64,000 nucleotides of DNA, from contig OZ024752.1 of assembly GCA_964016885.1 (NCBI GenBank), positions 5,084,001-5,148,000 on the forward strand, in the 5' to 3' direction. Positions 55,657 to 64,000 of the stretch are shown here, piece by piece. This stretch comes from Eledone cirrhosa. Its lineage: Eukaryota. Each line of letters starts with the position of its first letter. Position 1 is the first letter of the stretch. The position numbers and the translations under genes are program-made. The notes below the pieces were generated by a model, which did no database searches, had not been told where the DNA came from, and saw only the letters and a program-made list of their open reading frames with translations.

Positions 55657-55788
55657 GTATGGTATGTATATGTATGTATATGTATATATATATATGTATG
55701 TATATGTATATATATATATGTATGTATATATATATATATGTATGTGTATATATATATATATATGTATGTGTATATATATATATATATG

Positions 55789-55831
<43 letters not shown>

Positions 55832-56176
55832 ATATATATATATATGTATACGTATGTATATATATATATATATATATACGTATGTATATATATATATATA
55901 TACATACGTATATATATATATATACATATGTATATATATACGTATGTATATATATATATATATATATATACATACGTATATATATATATATATATATATG
56001 TATACGTATGTATATGTATATATATATATATGTATATGTATGTATAGTATATTAGGGAGAGGATCAGGGGTGTATAACACTCCACTTATCCAGCAGGCAG
56101 TATAAGGTTAGCTCGATGTCTGAGGACAGAGCCGTGATATAATCAACAACAAAGAACGCCTATAGCATATGCATAT

Positions 56177-56234
56177 CTTTACTTGCTAACATTGTTTCAT
56201 CCGCACTATAAGTGGGACTCATCAGAGCATAAAG
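56177..56234 (-). ncRNA. Type I hammerhead ribozyme motif (left arm)
   Basis: Exact reverse complement of 58801-58858. Confidence 0.8.
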
Positions 56235-58800
56235 GTTAATTACATACCATACAAGCAATAACAAATCCAAGACATTGAAGAAATAAAGAATAAAAAATAA
56301 TAAAAGATAAAAAATATTGAGGAAGTAAAAAATATTGAGGAAGTAAAAATAAAAATAAACATTGAAAAATAAACATTGAAAAATAATTGAAAAATAATTG
56401 AAAAATAAGGGGTGCTATCAGTCACAGTTGGGCGGGGTGCTGTCAACATATAGTTACATACAAGCATACACATGGATAAGAGAACAGACAAGAATAGATA
56501 AGATAGATAGGAGTAGGTAAGAATAGATAAAAAATAGGTGAAAAATAGGTAAAAAATAGACATATAATATATATAAGGAAATATAAAAAACATACATATA
56601 AAATATACAGATAATAGTGATACAGGGTAAGGAATGAAATAAAATAAAATAAAATTAAATTAAAATTAAAATTATATAAAATAAAATATAATATAATATA
56701 ATAATAAAATAAGATAAAATAAAATAAAATAAACTAAAATAAAATAATATAATATAAGATATAATTAAATAAAATTAAATAAATAAAATAAAATGAAATG
56801 AAATGAAATAAAATAAAATAAAGTAAATTGAGATAAGATATATATTTTTTTAGAATATATTTCTTGAATATATCAGGGGCCCACGAAGGCCCTAAGTGTC
56901 ACAGTTATCAGTATCACTTGACCATTGCAATGCAATGGAGACGTCCCAGGTTGGGCAGTCTCAAAAGTTCACTCGAAAGTCACGGGTGTGCATTCACACA
57001 GTTGAGCGGTGGGGTAATCACAAACCGGTTCACACCCGGGCAGGAGTCCAATGGTCAACAGAGGTACATCGAAGGAAGGTAGGAGAATTCACGTGCAGCA
57101 GCAAGAGGCAGACAAGTGGGCCGAAAGCAAGCAGGTGCAGGCGGGCTAGCCGAAAGCAAGCAAATACAGTTGGGTCAGGCGGGTTAATATGCATACCCAA
57201 CAGCGCATACAAAAGATATATAAAAAATAGCTTCAAGAGCCAATATCATGAAGTCACCGCATTGGGACATCTCAAGATTATACACACCAATATGTTCTGC
57301 ACGTATATGCACATATACACACCACATGCATATGCAGAGACGGTATACACATATATATATTTTTATATACAGACATATACAACCACCTACACCCATACAC
57401 ATATAAATGTATACACAGACACACACGCACACACACACAGCGTAGGACACCCGGGTCAAAGCTGATATTAAACACAGAAATACCACATTAGGCAAGACCC
57501 ACCACCACGGATAATACATTCAAAATAAATACATATGTATTTATTTTGAATGTATTATCCGTGGTGGTGGGTCTTGCCTAATGTGGTATTTCTGTGTTTA
57601 ATATCAGCTTTGACCCGGGTGTCCTACGCTGTGTGTGTGTGCGTGTGTGTCTGTGTATACATTTATATGTGTATGGGTGTAGGTGGTTGTATATGTCTGT
57701 ATATAAAAATATATATATGTGTATACCGTCTCTGCAGAACATATTGGTGTGTATAATCTTGAGATGTCCCAATGCGGTGACTTCATGATATTGGCTCTTG
57801 AAGCTATTTTTTATATATCTTTTGTATGCGCTGTTGGGTATGCATATTAACCCGCCTGACCCAACTGTATTTGCTTGCTTTCGGCTAGCCCGCCTGCACC
57901 TGCTTGCTTTCGGCCCACTTGTCTGCCTCTTGCTGCTGCACGTGAATTCTCCTACCTTCCTTCGATGTACCTCTGTTGACCATTGGACTCCTGCCCGGGT
58001 GTGAACCGGTTTGTGATTACCCCACCGCTCAACTGTGTGAATGCACACCCGTGACTTTCGAATGAACTTTTGAGACTGCCCAACCTGGGACGTCTCCATT
58101 GCATTGCAATGGTCAAGTGATACTGATAACTGTGACACTTAGGGCCTTCGTGGGCCCCTGATATATTCAAGAAATATATTCTAAAAAAATATATATCTTA
58201 TCTCGATTTACTTTATTTTATTTTATTTTATTTCATTTCATTTTATTTAATTTTATTTATTTAATTTTATTTAATTATATCTTATATTATATTATTTTAT
58301 TTTATTTTATTTTATTTTATTTTATTTTATTTTATTTTATTTTATTTTATCTTATTTTATTATTATATTATATTATATTTTATTTTATATAATTTTAATT
58401 TTAATTTAATTTTATTTTATTTTATTTCATTCCTTACCCTGTATCACTATTATCTGTATATTTTATATGTATGTTTTTTATATTTCCTTATATATATTAT
58501 ATGTCTATTTTTTACCTATTTTTCACCTATTTTTTATCTATTCTTACCTACTCCTATCTATCTTATCTATTCTTGTCTGTTCTCTTATCCATGTGTATGC
58601 TTGTATGTAACTATATGTTGACAGCACCCCGCCCAACTGTGACTGATAGCACCCCTTATTTTTCAATTATCTTTCAATGTTTATTTTTCAATGTTTATTT
58701 TTATTTTTACTTCCTCAATATTTTTTATCTTTTATTATTTTTTATTCTTTATTTCTTCAATGTCTTGGATTTGTTATTGCTTGTGTGATATGTAATCAAC

Positions 58801-58858
58801 CTTTATGCTCTGATGAGTCCCACTTATAGTGCGGATGAAACAATGTTAGCAAGTAAAG
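58801..58858 (+). ncRNA. Type I hammerhead ribozyme motif (right arm)
   Basis: cttta-tgct-CTGATGA-gtcccac-ttata-gtgcggat-GAAA-caatg-TT-agca-ag-taaag. Bulged stem I, 7 bp stem II with one bulge, minimal stem III, GUU triplet. Confidence 0.82.
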
Positions 58859-59025
58859 ATATGCATATGCTATAGGCGTTATTTGTTGTTGATTATATTA
58901 TATGTATGTATATGTATATATGTATATGTATATATATGTATGTATATATATATATATGTATATGTATATGTATGTATATATATATACACATATATGTATC
59001 TGTATATATATATGTATATATATAT

Positions 59026-59367
59026 GGAGGCACATGGCTTAGTGGTTAGAGCATTGGCCTTGCAATCGACAGGTTGTGAGTTCAATTCTCAGACCAGGTG
59101 ATGTGTTGTGACCTTGAGCAAGACACTTTATTTCACATTGCTCCATTTTACTCAGCTGTAGAAATGAGATGATAGGGACTGGTGTCCCTATTATTCTACT
59201 GTAAAGTGGTTGTGGAGGTGCCACGGCAAAAAAGCATCCAGCACTCACTGTAAATGAGGTTGGTGTTAGGAAGGGCATCCAGCTGTAGAAATCAAGCCAG
59301 AATCAGTTCCCGTCCCACCCTTGCAAGCAGGGAAAAAGCGGGCGTAAAATGATGATGATGATGATGA
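59026..59367 (+). mobile_element. SINE family 1 full copy
   Basis: Same structure as 45307-45645. Confidence 0.92.
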
Positions 59368-59395
59368 TATACATATATATGTATATACGTATGTG

Positions 59396-59430
<35 letters not shown>

Positions 59431-59949
59431 GTATGTATATATATATATGTATGTATATATATATATATGTATGTATATGTATATATAGGTACGTATATAT
59501 GTGTATACATGTATCGGTATGTATATACATGTACAGGTATATGTATATATATGGGTATGTACATATATGTATGCGCATATATATATATATATATATACAC
59601 ATATTTATTCATACTTTGCATTAATCATAAACTTACATGAGACATTGCTTTTTGGTGCAATCTTTATTATAAAAATCAATGGTTATGGAAATTTTAGTAT
59701 GATGAACTTTAGCCCTAGATAAACGAAATAATCAAGATATCAAAGAATTTATCTTATACTTGAATGGGTTTGTAGCACTAGTGTTTAATTTCAGTTAGTG
59801 TAGCATTTAGCAGATGAGAAACTATTATCTGTCTCTGGGTGTGATGCTAGTCTCTGAATCTCTAAATGGTAACTTCTCTAGGAAAACCTGTTTCCTACTA
59901 TGTAGCTTGCTCACTCTCAACTAATCCTCATATCTGAGGGCTGAGAATC

Positions 59950-60505
59950 ATGGACTTATTATGGACCAGCACTCTCCATCTTTTCCCGTCTCTTGCCATT
60001 GCAATACCTTCCGCCAAACTCCTTCCTGTCCATTCCTTAATATCATCCATTTATAATATCTCCTTTTCTGCTGTCCCCTGGCTCCTTTTCCTTTGTATTC
60101 ATCTCTCAAGGATATGGGTAGTCAAATTTGGGTCCCTGATGGCATGACCAAAATACTGAAGTTACCTTTTTTCCTACTGTTTCAACCCACTGTCGATTAG
60201 CACGAATCTCTTCCAGGACAGATTCATTAGTTCTGTGAGCTGCTCAGCTAATTCTAAGCGCACACCTATAGCATGACATTTCAATTGCACTCAGTTGTTT
60301 CAAGTCAGATGCCTTTAAAGTCCATGACTCACAACCATATAAAGCTACTGGCCACACTAATATTTTGATTACTTTCTTTTTGGTGGACTTTGTAAGAACT
60401 CTAGCCTTGTAAAGGTGTACTCACGACTGTTCTTGGAGTAGCTAGTCTCGCCCTTATTTCCCAACTTCCCTCTGTCATATTGAACCAAGGCATTTGAACT
60501 ATGTA
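59950..60505 (-). mobile_element. Old RTE/BovB-like LINE 3' fragment
   Basis: Minus-strand VWPVALYGCESWTL...RTNESVLEE...LQYFGH motifs, with frameshifts. Confidence 0.7.
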
Positions 60506-62084
60506 GCTAGCTAGAACTAAAAGTATAAAGAGTCTTACATCTCAACAAAAGGTTTTACAAACCAGGAATCAATATGCTATCTTCACCACAAATCAGTTAA
60601 TATAAAAATTTACCATTATAAACTTTATGCCCTGATAAGCAGCAATAATATATAATCCTTAGAAAGATATCTTAAATCCCATATAAGCTCATATAATATA
60701 TTTCCCCTTAATGCAGTCTTGACCTTTTAGAAATAGACATAGAAATGTTACTGTTATAGTCGTTATCCTCATAAACTCAATATAATACATTGGCCTTTAT
60801 TGATGACATAACCTTAAAAGCAGTATTTTTGAGAAATGTTCTATTATAAAGCTTGCCTTAAATCACAGATGAACCTATTACTTTCCATCTATATTTCATT
60901 TGTGAATTACATTTAAATATATTGTATTCTCAGAACCAACAATATATTTAGTTGCCTCGTTGTTTTAAATGACTCGCAGACCTAACTTAAGCTTATATAA
61001 ATAATGGTTTTAAGATTATTTATTTTCCTTTGTTTTTTATTTTTGTTTTGTTTTATTTTTTTATTTGAACTTTAAATTACCACCTCTACTACCACTACTA
61101 CTACTAATGTCACCACTACCACCACCACTACTGCCACTACAACCACAACTACTACTACCACCACTCCCACCACCACTACCTCTTCTACTACGACCACCAC
61201 CACTACCAGAAATTATATTTTTCTAATTTGGTTTGATTCCAAACAATCATTCCATTTCAATTAGCTTTCCAATTTTGAAACTTATCTTTAACATATCTTC
61301 TTGAAGGTCACATATATTCCCATTAAACAGCTTAATTTCATCTCTTAAACCCAATTTTATTATCATTCTTCTAGACTGACACAGCTTAATTTTCTATCCT
61401 CAATAATGTAAACTCAGCAAAAACAAATATGTATGTATGTATAAAACAAAACAAAACAACAGGCAACGATATAAAAAACAGGACAAATATATATATATAA
61501 ATATAAATAAACCACAAATAACAAAACATCCAAGATTATATTTTTAGACATCAAATTTCCAAACCCAGCTAATTCCAATGAAAGTAATTAAAACATAGAT
61601 TATTTTCTTCTAATGTAAGATATTTAGAACAAATTCTTCAAGAATTATATAAACAGATTTAGTGAGTTAGATTGAAATAATGTCTTGTGATGTATTCTTG
61701 TGATACAGACGAATATTTAGAAATACATGTTTGCTTCTTTCTACATTGTGGTCTGTGTGTTTGTGTGTGTGGTGTGTGTGTGTTTGTGTGGTCTGTGTGT
61801 GAGTGTTTGTGTTTATATGTGTGTTTGTGTGTATTTGTGTGTGTGTGTTTGTGTGTGTATGGGTGTGTTTGTGTGTGTGTGATTATATGTATGTGTGTAT
61901 GTGTGTACGTGTGTTTATGTTTGTTTGTGTGTGTGTGTGTACTTTGGGAGCGGGGGGGGGGTCTATTATTAGAGAGGTTGATATTGATGATGTAACCAGT
62001 TAAGTGCCATATCTCTTCAGGAAATATATAGATATGTATGTGTTAAGTTTATTTTAAGTCATTCTATTGCATCAACAATAAGGA

Positions 62085-62340
62085 CCACATACTGCAATAG
62101 CTTGGAGTTCAAGGGACCCCAGCTTTTTAATAAGCTGCCAAAAGGTCTGTGAGTTCTACATGTAGGTGTTTTCAAGAGACATTCTACTGACCAAGATCTT
62201 GGATAAACCAAGGCAAATCACAAAAACAACAAACTCTCTTTTGCATCAATGGCCAACCAGAGAAGGATGGCTATGGAAAGTGCAGCCTCAATGGCAATGC
62301 CTCAGCATGGCCTCAGTCTGTCGGCTGGAATACGTAATAG
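62085..62340 (+). mobile_element. Probable CR1/L2-like LINE 3' end
   Basis: YCNSLGVQGTQLFNKLPKGL-like reading. The terminal stem-loop gcctcagcatggcctcag is also seen at 4927-4978. Confidence 0.55.
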
Positions 62341-62589
62341 AGTAATTACTCCATGGAAGTGAGAGCTTGTATGAATACATAACAAAACATTTTCGATATT
62401 TAATTCCAAACATTTTTGATTGGGTAGTTTTGTTTGCTTTGATTCGATGCAGACATCGTAGAGTAGTGTGTACACACTATTCTAGGCAAACTCACTAGTG
62501 CTAGTGCTAATATAGGAGCACTTTGTAGAATAGCTGGCATTCGGAAGGGCATCCAGCCATAGAAACCATGCCCTAGAATGGTGTATAGA

Positions 62590-63025
62590 AGTGTGTAAGG
62601 CTGGAATTTATCAAATCGTCCCAGGTTTTTCTGGGTCTGCCTACTCTGTAACTTCTATCAATTTTGATCGTCCTTCACTTTTTTATACAGCTGTCGTCTT
62701 TCATGTGCATCATGTGACCATACCAACGTAGTCTTCTCTCAAGTAAACAGCATCTGATGCCTCTTATTCCTAATTTTTCACTTAGTTCATTTATGTTTTG
62801 CCGTTCGCGTATATTACTATTACTCATCCAACGGAGCATGCATGCTTCATTCCTTTCCATTCTGCACAGGTCTTCTGCACACCATGCCCATGTCTTACTG
62901 CATGCAGCATTGCTGTTCGTATACAGGCATCATACAGTCTGCCTTTCATTTTTAGAGAGACACCTTTTGTGGCCAACAGCGGTATAAGCTCTCTGAACTT
63001 TTTCCATCCCATTATAACTCTGGCT
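62590..63025 (-). mobile_element. RTE LINE C-terminal fragment
   Basis: [12 protein letters not shown]...KGRLYDAC...RLRWYGH. Confidence 0.85.
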
Positions 63026-63069
63026 ACTATATATATATATATATATATAGATATATACATATATCTGTG

Positions 63070-63141
<72 letters not shown>

Positions 63142-63332
63142 TATGTATATATTTTGCTGTTTCGAAAATATTCTTACTTGAATATATATATATATGTATA
63201 TATTTATATATATATGTATATATATATTTATATATATGTATATATATATATATGTATATATTTATATATATATGTATATATATATTTATATATATGTATA
63301 TATATATATATGTATATATTTATATATATATG

Positions 63333-63365
<33 letters not shown>

Positions 63366-63366
63366 G

Positions 63367-63397
<31 letters not shown>

Positions 63398-63520
63398 GTA
63401 TATATATATATGTATATATTTATATATATATGTATATATTTATATATATATGTATATTTATATATATATGTATATATATATATATATTTATATATATGTA
63501 TATATATATATATATTTATA

Positions 63521-63551
<31 letters not shown>

Positions 63552-63556
63552 ATATG

Positions 63557-63587
<31 letters not shown>

Positions 63588-63881
63588 GTATATATATATA
63601 TATGTGTATATATTTATATATATATATATATAGAGAGAGAGAGATATAGAATATTTACGTATTGAGAGAGAGAAAAGGAGGGATAGGTGATACATGTAGT
63701 TATTTGCCAAATAACGTATGCAGAGGGTGCTCAATACTAGTGCCGGCAGTGTTAAATATTAGAAGTGTTACCTAAAGAAGTGGGTGAGAGAATTAGCAGA
63801 GCGTAAGCACATGGAGAAGTAAAATATAGGACAACAGATCGTTAAAACATGTTTATTTAAATAAACATGTTTTAACGATCT

Positions 63882-64000
63882 GAAAGACCCAAGCCTGAGA
63901 AGAACGTCGACCACACTTCACCTGACATCTGGCCTCCCAGCTCGCCTGACTGCAACCCCCTCGACTTCTATGTGTGGGGCACAGTGGAACGAGACACCAA
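63882..64000 (+). mobile_element. Fragment of the same DD37D transposase as 1878-2761, running off the window end
   Basis: VDHTSPDIWPPSSPDCNPLDFYVWG; nucleotide match to the reverse complement of about 2150-2275. Confidence 0.88.

Larger units (their letters stand above)
56138..58897. repeat. 2.76 kb zero-spacer palindrome (inverted non-coding PLE-type element)
   Basis: The axis lies between 57534 and 57535 (aaatacat|atgtattt). Mirrored ORF pairs in the track (56896+/57578-, 56240-/58471+) confirm that the arms are near-identical. Confidence 0.95.

Noticed and set aside
56864-58170. 189/186 aa mirrored ORFs in the palindrome
   Set aside because: No recognisable motif; they run into CA-repeat sequence, and the indel between arms shifts the frame.

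Overview
AT-rich, repeat-dominated animal genomic DNA. The repeat content ((TA)n/(CA)n tracts, tRNA-derived CORE-type and Meta-type SINEs, RTE, R4-like and Penelope-like retroelements) suggests a coleoid cephalopod such as Octopus; this is an inference. Most ORFs in the supplied track are microsatellite artefacts. The only host-gene signal is two plus-strand, phase-compatible candidate exons (12527-12574 and 51771-52043) about 39 kb apart, for an unidentified protein. The rest is decayed mobile DNA: Penelope-like elements (PLEs), two RTE LINE families with a PHD-type C4HC3 finger inserted inside the RT domain, R4/L1/CR1 remnants, a DD37D (maT) transposon, a non-autonomous Helitron, piggyBac/hAT/Tc1-type MITEs, foldback elements and minisatellites. 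The most striking structure is a set of non-coding, mostly (TA)n-embedded inserts. They carry type I hammerhead ribozyme (HHR) motifs, several share a GTATTGAGTAC motif, and many fold back into near-perfect hairpins. The largest is a 2.76 kb zero-spacer palindrome (56138-58897) with an HHR near each end. All alignments and folds were done by eye, so boundaries are approximate to a few bases.
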